Below are positions 44,707 through 54,792 of a stretch of 57,376 nt of DNA, in pieces (position 1 is the first letter of the stretch; every line of letters starts with the position of its first letter). Location of the stretch: contig JBHIAC010000006.1 in assembly GCA_046758365.1 (NCBI GenBank), forward strand, positions 1-57,376. Direction: 5' to 3'. The translations under genes were made by a program, and so were the position numbers. The notes beneath the pieces were generated by a model. It searched no databases. It was not told the DNA's origin and saw only the letters and a program-made list of their open reading frames with translations. The DNA is from a bacterium. GTDB lineage: Bacteria; Zhuqueibacterota; Zhuqueibacteria; Oceanimicrobiales; Oceanimicrobiaceae.

Positions 44707-46410
44707 TTAATCAACATTTGTTACGCGAAAAACCTCCTCAAGCGTGGTAATGCCCTTCATTGCTTTTTGCAATCCATCATGTCTAAGGCTTTGCATGCCA
44801 TTATCCATAGCAGCCTTTTTAATTTGATCAGCAGAGGCGTTTTTTAAAGTTAATTCCCGAATAGTCTCATTGACAGTCATAATTTCATAAATTCCAATTC
44901 GGCCTTTGTAACCTGTGTTTTTGCACTGCGCACATCCTTCCCCTCGATAGAAAACAAAGTTTTTATTATCTTTTTTAAGACCTAATTCATTGAAAATTGA
45001 TAGATTGGGTCTGTATGGTTTTTTACAGTTATCGCAAAGTTTTCTAATTAAGCGTTGCGCAATTATACCAATGGTTGCAGAAGCTGTAAGAAATGGCTCC
45101 ACACCCATCTCTGTCAACCGCGTTAAAGCTCCAGGAGCATCGTTGGTGTGGATGGTAGAAAGTACTAAATGCCCGGTCAGTGCTGATTCTACCGCTGTTT
45201 TTGCCGTTTCAGAATCACGAATTTCACCGACCATTATGACGTCTGGGTCTTGACGCAAAATAGATCTAAGACCTGCTGCGAAGGTCAACCCGGATTTAAC
45301 ATTGACTTGTGACTGGCGAATCATCTTTAATCGATATTCAACCGGGTCTTCGACAGTGATTATATTTTTATCGGGTGTATTAATGGATTGAAGAGCTGAA
45401 TATAAGGTTGTCGTTTTGCCACTGCCAGTAGGACCGCTCACTAAAATAATTCCATAAGAACTAGATAACATCTCTTTAAATTGTTTGAGCAAATTCTCTT
45501 CTAGACCTAAGTCCTCGAGATTGAGCATGAGGCTACTTTTATCCAAGACACGCAAAACCACATTTTCGCCATAAACTGTGGGTAGGGTTGAAACGCGTAG
45601 ATCGATTTCTCGACCATTTAGTGAAACATGAAATCTTCCATCCTGCGGAATCCGGTTTTCAGCAATATCTAAATCCGCTAAGATTTTGATACGTGAAATA
45701 ATAGCAGCCTGAAGATGTTTGGGTGGACTCAAATGCTCATGAAGGATACCATCAATACGGTATCTAACCAGCAAGCTCTTCTCTTCGGGCTCAATATGTA
45801 TATCACTTGCTCGATCTAAAATGGCCTGAGAAATAATTAGATTAACTAGTTTAACGACAGGGGCTTCGGTACTAAGCTGTTTAAGTTTTTCAGCAGAAGT
45901 AGTTGCTTCCTCTTTAGGCTTTTCCGCTTCAATATTCTCGATTACCTCATCATAGGAATAGTCCAAATTCTTTGAAATTCCATAATGACTTTCTATCGCA
46001 TCCAGAATATCATTCTCAAGACTAACCGCTGGCTCAATATCATACCCGGTTTCCCGATGCAAGGTATCGATAACATGGACATCGCCCGGATTGACCATAG
46101 TTACCATTAAACTGTTCTCTATCTTAAAAAGTGGGAAAACCCGATATTTATAGGTCAATTCTTTGGGGACAATGTTTAAAACTTCGGGATCTATGGAATA
46201 ATCTTGTAATTCAATAAAAGGAATGTTGAGGTAATCAGCCAAACAGACCAATACATCTTTGCTGCTGGCTATTCCTTTTTGCATTATTACTTGGGTCAGC
46301 TCTTCATCATGATGTTTTTTGAAATTTAAAACCTCAATCAATTGCTCAGCAGTTATAATTCCTTGTTGGACTAAAAGCTCACCAAATTTTTTATCTTCTT
46401 CTTTAATCAA
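44707..46410 (-). CDS. pilB: type IV pilus assembly ATPase (PilB/GspE)
   Basis: ASDIHIEP, GPTGSGKTT, EDPVE, LRQDPD, tetracysteine motif CDNC...CAQC. Confidence 0.93.
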   Translation of the reverse strand: MIKEEDKKFGELLVQQGIITAEQLIEVLNFKKHHDEELTQVIMQKGIASSKDVLVCLADYLNIPFIELQDYSIDPEVLNIVPKELTYKYRVFPLFKIENSLMVTMVNPGDVHVIDTLHRETGYDIEPAVSLENDILDAIESHYGISKNLDYSYDEVIENIEAEKPKEEATTSAEKLKQLSTEAPVVKLVNLIISQAILDRASDIHIEPEEKSLLVRYRIDGILHEHLSPPKHLQAAIISRIKILADLDIAENRIPQDGRFHVSLNGREIDLRVSTLPTVYGENVVLRVLDKSSLMLNLEDLGLEENLLKQFKEMLSSSYGIILVSGPTGSGKTTTLYSALQSINTPDKNIITVEDPVEYRLKMIRQSQVNVKSGLTFAAGLRSILRQDPDVIMVGEIRDSETAKTAVESALTGHLVLSTIHTNDAPGALTRLTEMGVEPFLTASATIGIIAQRLIRKLCDNCKKPYRPNLSIFNELGLKKDNKNFVFYRGEGCAQCKNTGYKGRIGIYEIMTVNETIRELTLKNASADQIKKAAMDNGMQSLRHDGLQKAMKGITTLEEVFRVTNVD

Positions 46411-46474
46411 TTTGTAAACTTTTAATATTACAAAATTTATTATATATTTTTTTGTAAAACTTCAACATCTTTTC

Positions 46475-46852
46475 CTAAGACAACTTCGGCTCTAAATATT
46501 TGCGGATTAATTTTAATAAGGTGCCTTTTTGATCGGACTTGAACACATATTCATCGGCGCCTGTGTCCCGACCAATTTGTTCGTGGCTCTTTGTCTCACG
46601 GGAGGTTAACATAATGATGGGAATATGTTTATATTTTGAATCGAATTTTAACAAGCGGCATACTTTGTAGCCATTCATTTTTGGCAATAAGACATCTAAT
46701 ACAATCAGATCAGGCTTTTCATTGCGGGCCAAATTTAATCCTTCTTGTCCATCAAAAGCAGAAATGACTTCGTAACCCAAAGCTTTCAATCGCATAGTCA
46801 GTATTTCAACAATGTTAATGTAATCCTCAATGATTAAAATCTTCTTGGCCAT
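46475..46852 (-). CDS. single-domain response regulator
   Basis: KKILIIED, LIVLDVLLP, PIIMLT; likely ATG at 46852 with GAGG upstream. Confidence 0.9.
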   Translation of the reverse strand: MAKKILIIEDYINIVEILTMRLKALGYEVISAFDGQEGLNLARNEKPDLIVLDVLLPKMNGYKVCRLLKFDSKYKHIPIIMLTSRETKSHEQIGRDTGADEYVFKSDQKGTLLKLIRKYLEPKLS

Positions 46853-46859
46853 TTCAACC

Positions 46860-48407
46860 TCATACTGGTAAGGTGAAGAAAAATTTACTTCCAATATCCA
46901 CTTCGCTTTCTACCCCTATTTCGCCGCCACAGGCCTCCACAATCTCTTTGGCTATACTTAATCCTAAACCATATCCTCTTTGTATTCGTTCAGGATAATT
47001 GTCCAGTTGCTGAAATCTCTCAAAAATTCTTTTATGCTCCGAAGGCGGTATTCCAACCCCCTCATCCTTAATCCACACTTTCAATGTAGTGTCAATCAAT
47101 TCAGCCTCTATTGTAACTTTTCCCCCAGGCAATGAATATCTTATGCTGTTTTCTATTAAATTTGCTAGAACTTGTTGGATTCTATCACGATCCCCCTTAA
47201 AGGTTGGGATTGTTTTAGGTATGTTGTTTTCTACCTGGATATTTTTTGATTTTGAAAAAATCTCAAAGGATTCAATGACCTTATTAACTAGCACTCCTAA
47301 AGTAATTTCTTTCCTACGATTTAAAAATTGAATGCCTTCATCAAACCGAGATAAATCCAAAAGGTCCTTTAACAAACGCTGGAGTCTATTGATATCATCT
47401 TTGATAACATTTAAGCAGTGCTCTTGCTTATGATTTAATTCGCCTAAATCTTTGTCCAAAAGAAGACTAATGGCCGCTTGCATTGAATTAAGAGGTGTTT
47501 TAATTTCATGGCTGGCCGCTGCCAGAGCTGAGCGCATTTGATGACTTTGCCAATTGGTTGTTACGTCTCGAAGTACAATCATCCAGCCAATTTCTTTGTT
47601 TCTGGAATTTTTAAGCAGTTCAATATGGACCCCGATAAATTTTGAGCGTCGGCCCTCAGCATTGACCACCCTGTTACATTCAAATATGCCCTGGTTTAAA
47701 GCTTCTTCTAAATAATCGATTAAATAGGCTGCTTGAAAATTTTTTAGAGATTGCCCAATGCACCTCTTTTTCGTATCTATTCCTAAAATATGTTTGGCAG
47801 CGTTATTAATAAACAAAATTCTTTTTTTCCAATCGCAAAGAATAACACCATCAATTATTCGAGTAACCAATAACTCAAATTTATCTTTTTGACGTGAGCT
47901 TAGATACCACAGATGCCTGAGTGCCCTCGAAACCTCGTTGGACAGACGCTGAACAAGTCTCGCCTGCCGCAAATCTATGGTTCTATCAAAGTTACCAACA
48001 AATAGAATTCCAACTGGATTTTTATGAACTGAAAGGGGAAGAATGATGTGTTGATTGAAATGGGACTTTGTATCATCAAAATTATAACTATTTTCTGATG
48101 AGCCATTAATGGTCGTTTTCAGATTTGAACTATCTACAAGCTTAAACTGGATTTGGGAAAGATGTTTAGTCATCTGCTGCTTAATGCTTTGTAAATTAAC
48201 GGAAGCTATTGGTTGGCGTGAAGAAATCTGAATCTGGGTCGAATCGGCTTGTAAAGTGGCTACACAAAGATCTCCATCGCTAATATCCAAAAGGACTTCT
48301 CTCAAAATAGTAAAAATTTCAGATATTAATTTTGGAATTTGAATATCTTCTGAATAAGACTCAACAAGTTCTTGATATCCAGATTTTACTGCGGATTCAT
48401 TCATCAA
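46860..48407 (-). CDS. soluble GAF/PAS sensor histidine kinase
   Basis: H-box SHEIKTPL, N-box NLIEN, DEGVG, GYGLGL; no TM segments seen. Confidence 0.9.
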   Translation of the reverse strand: MMNESAVKSGYQELVESYSEDIQIPKLISEIFTILREVLLDISDGDLCVATLQADSTQIQISSRQPIASVNLQSIKQQMTKHLSQIQFKLVDSSNLKTTINGSSENSYNFDDTKSHFNQHIILPLSVHKNPVGILFVGNFDRTIDLRQARLVQRLSNEVSRALRHLWYLSSRQKDKFELLVTRIIDGVILCDWKKRILFINNAAKHILGIDTKKRCIGQSLKNFQAAYLIDYLEEALNQGIFECNRVVNAEGRRSKFIGVHIELLKNSRNKEIGWMIVLRDVTTNWQSHQMRSALAAASHEIKTPLNSMQAAISLLLDKDLGELNHKQEHCLNVIKDDINRLQRLLKDLLDLSRFDEGIQFLNRRKEITLGVLVNKVIESFEIFSKSKNIQVENNIPKTIPTFKGDRDRIQQVLANLIENSIRYSLPGGKVTIEAELIDTTLKVWIKDEGVGIPPSEHKRIFERFQQLDNYPERIQRGYGLGLSIAKEIVEACGGEIGVESEVDIGSKFFFTLPV

Positions 48408-49171
48408 AATTCTAATAACCTGAAATAAATTTGCAGAAGTTCCTGGCCGAAGCAGATCATAATTACAGCGCCCAATGAAATAAAAGGGCCAAAAGGTAAA
48501 GTACTGCCTAGATGCAAACGCCCAGAACTAAGCCCAATGGCTATTAATGGAAAGGCTAAGAAAAAAGCTAGAAAAAGGGCTATAACCACTTGAGGCCCCA
48601 AAAATGCACCAATCATAGCGCCTAATTTCACATCACCAGCCCCCATGCTTTCTTTATTAAAAATGAACTTACCTAATAGTCCAACTAACCAGAGGAATCC
48701 TCCACCTAATAAAAGTCCAGTTAAAGCCTGGGGAATCGTAGTTAATTTTAAGATTAGGGCTAAAGCTAACGCAATAATTATACCCGGCAGGGTTAAAGCA
48801 TTTAATATCAATTTACAATCTAAATCAATAAAACTAATGGGCATCAAAAAAAGAATTAAAATCGAATACTGTACAAATGATAAACTCAGTCCGTATACTT
48901 CCCATAGTAAAGCCAAAAGGATGCCTGTAAGAAATTCAACCAACGGATATCTAAAAGAAATTTTGGCTTTACAATTTTTACATTTACCTCCAAGTATCAA
49001 ATAACTGAAAATAGGAATATTATGCCAAATCGGAATTGAGTTTTTACAATTGGGACAATAAGAACCAGGTCTAATAATTGATTCTTTTTTCGGGAGGCGG
49101 TAAATACAAACGTTTAGAAAGCTCCCCAATGCAGTTCCTAAAAAGAAAATTAACACTGTCTGAACATCCAA
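48404..49171 (-). CDS. pilD: prepilin peptidase / N-methyltransferase
   Basis: GSFLNVCIYRLP, CPNC and CKNC, FIDLD, MGAGDVK, PFGPF. Confidence 0.93.
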   Translation of the reverse strand: MDVQTVLIFFLGTALGSFLNVCIYRLPKKESIIRPGSYCPNCKNSIPIWHNIPIFSYLILGGKCKNCKAKISFRYPLVEFLTGILLALLWEVYGLSLSFVQYSILILFLMPISFIDLDCKLILNALTLPGIIIALALALILKLTTIPQALTGLLLGGGFLWLVGLLGKFIFNKESMGAGDVKLGAMIGAFLGPQVVIALFLAFFLAFPLIAIGLSSGRLHLGSTLPFGPFISLGAVIMICFGQELLQIYFRLLEF

Positions 49172-49185
49172 GGTAATTCACCTAT

Positions 49186-49428
49186 TTACTCAATTTCAAC
49201 CTTTGCTCGCTGAACTGCACTATTTAATGTATATCCTTGATCTAAATAATCTTTAATTAATTTCAAAATTTCAAAATCTTTGGCAGAATATCTTTTAAAT
49301 TCTCGTGACCCCATGGTTATCATTTTAGGCTTTACAATTCCTTTTAATTCCCAATAATAAAGTTGTCGTAAACTTATATCCAGCTTACGGGTGACTTCGG
49401 AACTACTTAACCAAAAAGTATTTTTCAT
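49186..49428 (-). CDS. MerR-family HTH protein
   Basis: ISLRQLYYWELKG, RYS, GYTL. Confidence 0.85.
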   Translation of the reverse strand: MKNTFWLSSSEVTRKLDISLRQLYYWELKGIVKPKMITMGSREFKRYSAKDFEILKLIKDYLDQGYTLNSAVQRAKVEIE

Positions 49429-49873
49429 CTTAATAACCTCAATTTATTCTTCCACTTTTTAATTCTTACATCGGCAAAGAATCATTAAACATTAATGTTT
49501 GGCCCTGTAATACAAATGTCTTTGTTTGTGATTTTCTCAATCGAGATGATTGAGTTACAAAATTCATTATTTAAGGCCTTTTAATATAGACTTTCTGGGA
49601 GAGATACGATAGGTAGGGATTTAATTTAGCTATTTCCTATTCTAGTTTGAAATGAATTAACTTTTTGAATTGTTTTTACTATTTTTAAATTAAGTTTACT
49701 GTAATACGGTCATTTGACCGCTACTGTAATGCCCTGAATTTTCGATAAGTAAATAAGAGAGGATATTTGTCCCCACTCGTTAACCTGAATAGAAGGATAA
49801 ATATCTTATATAATCTTACATTCAGCATGAATATACTGAACGATCCTAAGACTACATTATTTAAAACGGAATT

Positions 49874-50674
49874 CTACTGCACACCAATCCACCGCTTCCA
49901 ATTCGGCTCGTATATTTCCCCCAGGGCACTTGAATGCACCAATTCAAAGTCTTGCCAACCGCTTTTGCCTACAAACACGAAAAGAATCCCTCCTCTTGGG
50001 TAAAATAACGCCAGATTTCATACCTGCGGCTGTCTCCTAAGCTTGGGTTTCTTTCCACTTCGTCCGGTTCCTCATAAATTAAAAGGATCCTACCGCGGTC
50101 GGTCTTCCAACCTTTTCTTATGCTGCCGAAATGCTCATTAGCAAATTTTACTCGAGCCAGATAATTCTCTCTAAACTCATTTTTTGCTGTCTCAGTGTTT
50201 GTGTCTCGTTTCCACCAGAATCGCGCTATAAATTTTCGTTTCGGTAAATATAGAATTTTTTCCGCTTGCTTGAGACAAATTTCCAATATCTGTTACTTTA
50301 AGTTCTAATAAATACATACCCCTTGGTAAAGTTACCACATTTACTCCTGCAACTTCCACCAAAGAAATGCCCGACTTTTATCGAATCTTCGCGTGGTAGG
50401 TTCTGAAAGCATTTCCTTGGTTATCCAGTATCGTATAGTCTACCCTATAAGTAGAATTCATTAGGTTGCTTAGGTTATAAATTTCTGATTAGAAATACAG
50501 CATTGGTCTTTCGAGTCCAAATAATACACTTGGATTTGGAACAACGCGATAGTGATTTTTAGTAAACAGCCCGCCAACCGTATCTTGAACGATGGAATTG
50601 GCTAACTCAATATCACTTAAGCTTAATTTCTCTTCAGAAAAAGCAAAAAATAGTAATACACTATAATTAAACAT
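49874..50674 (-). pseudogene. fragmented GWxTD-domain protein
   Basis: Pieces in different frames: LSLSDIELA...VVPNPSVLFG; VEVAGVNVVTLP..YLLELKVTD; FWWKRD...GWKTDRGRI; GGILFVF...ELVHSSALGEIYEPNW*. Confidence 0.8.
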
Positions 50675-50754
50675 TTTTATACTTCCACCTTGTTTACTGA
50701 ATCTTTATATTTTTAACGCAGAGATGGTAGCAGGATTCTAAAATTTAGTGAAGA

Positions 50755-53700
50755 TTAGGCGGCTGAAACGGAGTCATTGGCTATAGGCAGGTCTGCGAAC
50801 TTCACTGAAACGACATTCGAGATCCCTTCTTCTTCCATGGTCACGCCATAAAGACAATCAGAAGCCTCCATGGTAAGTTTATTGTGAGTTACGATGATGA
50901 ACTGAGTGTTGTCTGAAAATCTACGGATTGCTTTTATAAATCGACCTATATTTGCATCGTCCAAAGGAGCGTCTACTTCATCTAATATACAAAATGGACT
51001 CGGCTTAACTAAATAGATGGCAAAGAGAAGGGAGATGGCGGTCAAGGCTTTTTCCCCACCGGAAAGAAGGGAGAGAGAACCGATTCTTCGGCCTTTGGGG
51101 TCTGCTTCGATGATGATCTCTGCTTCTAAAGGATCCTCGTTGGCATCCAATCTCAGATTTGACTGCCCAGTCTCAAAAAAACCTTTGAAAACTTCAATAA
51201 AATTAACCCTAACCTTCTCAAAAACCTCAGAAAAACGCTCACGGGCTGTTTTATTGATGACTTTGATGGTTTCATTAATGTTTGATTCTGCTTCAATCAA
51301 ATCGGCCTTCTGAGTCGTTAAAAAATCAAGTCGAGATTTCTCTTTTTCATACTCTTTTAAAGCCAGTAGATTCACTGGCTCCATAGCTTTCAACCTTTTT
51401 TTTCGAGTGCTAATTTCTTCGGAAAGCATTTCCGGTTCAAGGGTTTCGTCCAACGGTTTTTTTCTAATTTCAAAATTATAGTCTTCTTTAATTCTATCTT
51501 TAATTTTATCCCCCTCCATTTTCAATTCAGATACACGAAGTTCCAGGCTATGCACCGCCTCGGAAACTTCTTCTTTTTCATTTCGAATTTCCTTAATGAA
51601 TTTTTCTTTTCCCTCTAATTTTTCCTTCCCTTCTGAAAGCTCTTGTTCGATTTTGTGGACTGTGGATTCCAATTCTTGATGCTTTTCAAAGTCTTCTTGG
51701 ATAGCCGACTTATTTTCCTCAATTCTTTTTGCTAATTCTTCATATTCAGTCGAGGCCGATCGAATTTCTTCATCCATTCGAGCTAAAGATTCATCCAATT
51801 CCTTTTTAAACTCTTGAAGCCTAGAAATTTCTTCCTGAAGATGTTTTTCATCTCCCTTTAATCCCGCCAATTTGACTTTACTGTCTTGAGTTACCGCTCT
51901 TTGCTCCTTAAGTTGTTCATCTAACATTACCAAATCGTTAGATATCTCATGCAATTCAGCATCAAATTTAACTTTGCTTTCGATTAAATCATTGAGGGAT
52001 GGTGAAACCTTCTTTATTTTATCTCTTAACTCATTTTGACTATTTAATAGCGTATTCCGCTCCTTTTTGGTTCTTTCACGTGCTTCCTTCTCTTTTTGGG
52101 ATTCATAATTTAACTGGGCTAATTGTACTTCGGTTTCGATAATCTGAACTTCTGTATCTTTTAATCGTTTAGCCAAATCTTGTTCTTGGTTGAAAGCGAT
52201 TTGATATTTATGCTCTTTTTCTCTCAGTTGCTGCTCATCTTTTTCTAGTTGTTCATAAAGAGATTTGGATTTTTCTTGAAGCTCTTCAACTAGGGCCTTG
52301 CGTCCAATGACCCCAGACTGGTAAGAACCATTGGCACCTCCTTTAATTGGACCCCAGGTTGAAATGATTTCACCATTTAGAGTGATCAAATTTATTCGAT
52401 GGTCATGGAGGCGCTCTGCCTGTTGTTTGGCTGTTTCTAGATCCGAAACAACCAAATATTCATTCAATAAAGTTTCCACCAAAGGCCGATAATCGCTGTT
52501 GCATTGAACTAAATTACATGCCCAATCAATGACACCTTCCGAGGTTCTTGCAGTAATATTTTGTTTTACAGGTTCTTTAATTTTACTCCCGTTAGTAAAT
52601 TTTTCAAGAGGGAAAAATGTGACCGCTCCCTTCCCTTTCGTTTGTAATTCCTCAATACATTGCAAGGCTTGATCCGTACCTTCAACTATGAGTGACACCG
52701 CTGCTTCTCCTAGAGCTGTTTCGATAGCTCGACGATACTCGGACTCTACAGTAAGAATTTCAGCCAAAGTACCTTTACAACCACCGTTAAGGTAACCGTG
52801 GAGAAGAAGGTGCTGTACTCCTTCTGGGTGATCTTCGTAGGTATCGATATACTTTTTTAACAGCTCAATTCGTTCTTTGAGCGTTTGCAGTTCCCCACGT
52901 CTTTCCAAAATCTTTTCCTTTATCGCCTCCTTTTCTTTTTCTAAAGAATTAATCTTCTTTTGAACTGCCTTTTGCTCATCCTTTATGTGATTCAATTGCT
53001 CTTTATAGTCGGTTTTTCTTTCCAAGATTTTAGACGCTTTATCCGCCCGAATTTTTTCCAGCAATTCATTTTCTTCAAGCTCTCGATTCAATGTTCCTAT
53101 TCTCTCTTCTATATGTTCAAGGTGGGTTTTTAGCCTCTCTTCTTCTTTTTTGCTTTCTGTTAATCCATCAAATACTTTCAGACGATTATCTTCAAGGACT
53201 TTCAGCTTTTCCTTTTTCTCCTGAACTCGTTTTTCAGTCGCTTTCAAGGCTACATTTTTTTCTTGAAAATCATTTTCTGATTCCTGAATTTTCTGAAATA
53301 GCAGTTGTAATTTTTCTTTTGATTGAATCTCTTGGACCTGAGTCTTTTCAATGCGGCTTTTCAATTCTTCCTTATCTCGAAAAAACCTTTCCTTAGCATC
53401 GTCGAGCGCTTTTCGACGTTCCCGTCCTACAAGAATTTGTTCTTCTTTTTTCTGAATCTTTAAAGACAGCTCATTCAATTTTTTCTGCTGTGCGCTGAGA
53501 TTTCTCTCTATTTCCAACAACTTTAATCTTGAAGCCTCAATTTCTGCTTCTTTCTCATCAAATTGAGTCGTGAGGACTGCCCGCTTGTCTTGTGACTCCT
53601 TAAACTTTTCAAAAAGCGGTTCTAATTCAAACCGAATTTTCGAAAATTGATGGGTAGCTAATTGAATTTCCTTTTCTTTAACTAATTCCTTTAATTTTTG

Positions 53701-54345
53701 ATAACGCTGGGCCTTTCTCACTTGCCTTCCTAAGGAGGCAACATTTTTCTCAACTTCACTAATGATATCATTAAGTCGAACAAGGTCGGCTTCGGTGGCC
53801 TCCAATTTTCGAAAAGCCGCCTTTCGGCGCATCTTATATTTAGTCACCCCAGCCGCTTCTTCAAAAATACGGCGACGGTCTTCTGCCCTGCCATTTAGAA
53901 TGGACTCCACCATGCTCAACTCGATAATGGAGTAGGCATCTGGCCCTATGCCCGTATCCATAAAGAGATTTAGGATGTCTTTCAAACGACATGGGGAGTG
54001 ATTTATTAAATATTGACTCTCTGAAGAACGGAAAAGTCGGCGGGTGATTACCACTTCAGAATATTCAATGGGAAGAACATTTTTAGTATTTTGTATGGTC
54101 AAAGAAACTTCGGCCATCCCTAAAGGCTTCATGGATTTCGAACCATTAAATATAACATTTTCCATGCGTTCGCTGCGTAACAATCCCGACTTCTGTTCGC
54201 CTAAGACCCAGCGAATTGCATCCACGATGTTGCTTTTACCGCATCCATTGGGCCCAACAATGGCTGAAATTCCATCGGTGAAAATAAATTGCGTTTTCTT
54301 CCCAAAGGATTTAAAACCATGAATATCTAAACTCTCTAAATACAC
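50755..54345 (-). CDS. smc: chromosome segregation protein SMC
   Basis: GFKSF, Walker A GPNGCGKSN, coiled coils with hinge, LSGGEK, LDEVDAPLD. Confidence 0.97.
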   Translation of the reverse strand: MYLESLDIHGFKSFGKKTQFIFTDGISAIVGPNGCGKSNIVDAIRWVLGEQKSGLLRSERMENVIFNGSKSMKPLGMAEVSLTIQNTKNVLPIEYSEVVITRRLFRSSESQYLINHSPCRLKDILNLFMDTGIGPDAYSIIELSMVESILNGRAEDRRRIFEEAAGVTKYKMRRKAAFRKLEATEADLVRLNDIISEVEKNVASLGRQVRKAQRYQKLKELVKEKEIQLATHQFSKIRFELEPLFEKFKESQDKRAVLTTQFDEKEAEIEASRLKLLEIERNLSAQQKKLNELSLKIQKKEEQILVGRERRKALDDAKERFFRDKEELKSRIEKTQVQEIQSKEKLQLLFQKIQESENDFQEKNVALKATEKRVQEKKEKLKVLEDNRLKVFDGLTESKKEEERLKTHLEHIEERIGTLNRELEENELLEKIRADKASKILERKTDYKEQLNHIKDEQKAVQKKINSLEKEKEAIKEKILERRGELQTLKERIELLKKYIDTYEDHPEGVQHLLLHGYLNGGCKGTLAEILTVESEYRRAIETALGEAAVSLIVEGTDQALQCIEELQTKGKGAVTFFPLEKFTNGSKIKEPVKQNITARTSEGVIDWACNLVQCNSDYRPLVETLLNEYLVVSDLETAKQQAERLHDHRINLITLNGEIISTWGPIKGGANGSYQSGVIGRKALVEELQEKSKSLYEQLEKDEQQLREKEHKYQIAFNQEQDLAKRLKDTEVQIIETEVQLAQLNYESQKEKEARERTKKERNTLLNSQNELRDKIKKVSPSLNDLIESKVKFDAELHEISNDLVMLDEQLKEQRAVTQDSKVKLAGLKGDEKHLQEEISRLQEFKKELDESLARMDEEIRSASTEYEELAKRIEENKSAIQEDFEKHQELESTVHKIEQELSEGKEKLEGKEKFIKEIRNEKEEVSEAVHSLELRVSELKMEGDKIKDRIKEDYNFEIRKKPLDETLEPEMLSEEISTRKKRLKAMEPVNLLALKEYEKEKSRLDFLTTQKADLIEAESNINETIKVINKTARERFSEVFEKVRVNFIEVFKGFFETGQSNLRLDANEDPLEAEIIIEADPKGRRIGSLSLLSGGEKALTAISLLFAIYLVKPSPFCILDEVDAPLDDANIGRFIKAIRRFSDNTQFIIVTHNKLTMEASDCLYGVTMEEEGISNVVSVKFADLPIANDSVSAA

Positions 54346-54380
54346 TAGATGCCTCGCTGTTTATTAGCTTAGAGGAATCA

Positions 54381-54530
54381 ATTAATAACGTTGGTGCAAA
54401 AACAAGTTATGTTCAACTTTTAGCATGTGGGATTTCTATCCCGTTCGATAAATATCCTACGGGAACTATCCAAAGTCCTTTACCATTTATGCTTTTTAGA
54501 TTCCTACCTTTTTGCACCTACGTCATTAAT
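54381..54530. mobile_element. MITE-like element in the smc leader
   Basis: attaataacgttggtgcaaaaa / tttttgcacctacgtcattaat inverted repeats (20/22 match), no ORF inside. Confidence 0.6.
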
Positions 54531-54545
54531 AAAATTAAGAAAAAT

Positions 54546-54593
54546 ATACTATATACAGTATATTAAACAGTATTAAACCACGATATAAAGTTA
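54546..54593. promoter_or_regulatory. candidate tandem NrdR boxes
   Basis: ataCtAtATacaGtat (54546-54561) and ccaCgAtATaaaGtta (54578-54593), 32 bp apart, resembling acaCwAtATaTwGtgt. Confidence 0.55.
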
Positions 54594-54598
54594 ATCCA

Positions 54599-54627
54599 AA
54601 TATACTTGTATAATTAGAAAAAGTCAA
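54599..54627 (-). promoter_or_regulatory. sigma70-type promoter of smc
   Basis: TTGACT-N17-TATATT on the minus strand. Confidence 0.6.
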
Positions 54628-54736
54628 GGCTTTTTATCGAAAAATAATTAATTTTTAACTCAGATTTTGTAATCATAAATCAAGTGGACAAACTTCTTCT
54701 ACCTGAATTGAGCGATTTTATATCGGGGGAGCAAAC

Positions 54737-54792
54737 GGTGTTCAAGCTTCAGCTTGTAATTGGGGGGGACATCACGCTAAAGCGTGAACACC
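54737..54792. repeat. REP doublet (REPIN-like) inverted repeat
   Basis: ggtgttcaagcttcagcttg ... cacgctaaagcgtgaacacc; each arm is itself a small hairpin. Confidence 0.6.

Noticed and set aside
49767..50003. 78-aa plus-strand ORF
   Set aside because: Antisense to the C-terminal piece of the GWxTD pseudogene
938..54322. Many short ORFs antisense to or overlapping long genes (e.g. 938-1363, 2771-3082, 9409-9807, 14047-14430, 30984-31367, 51017-51313, 54044-54322)
   Set aside because: Shadow frames of well-supported genes, with no recognisable motifs
54546..54570. LexA (CTGT-N8-ACAG) box upstream of smc
   Set aside because: The ACAG motifs are in direct orientation, not inverted; an NrdR-like reading fits better
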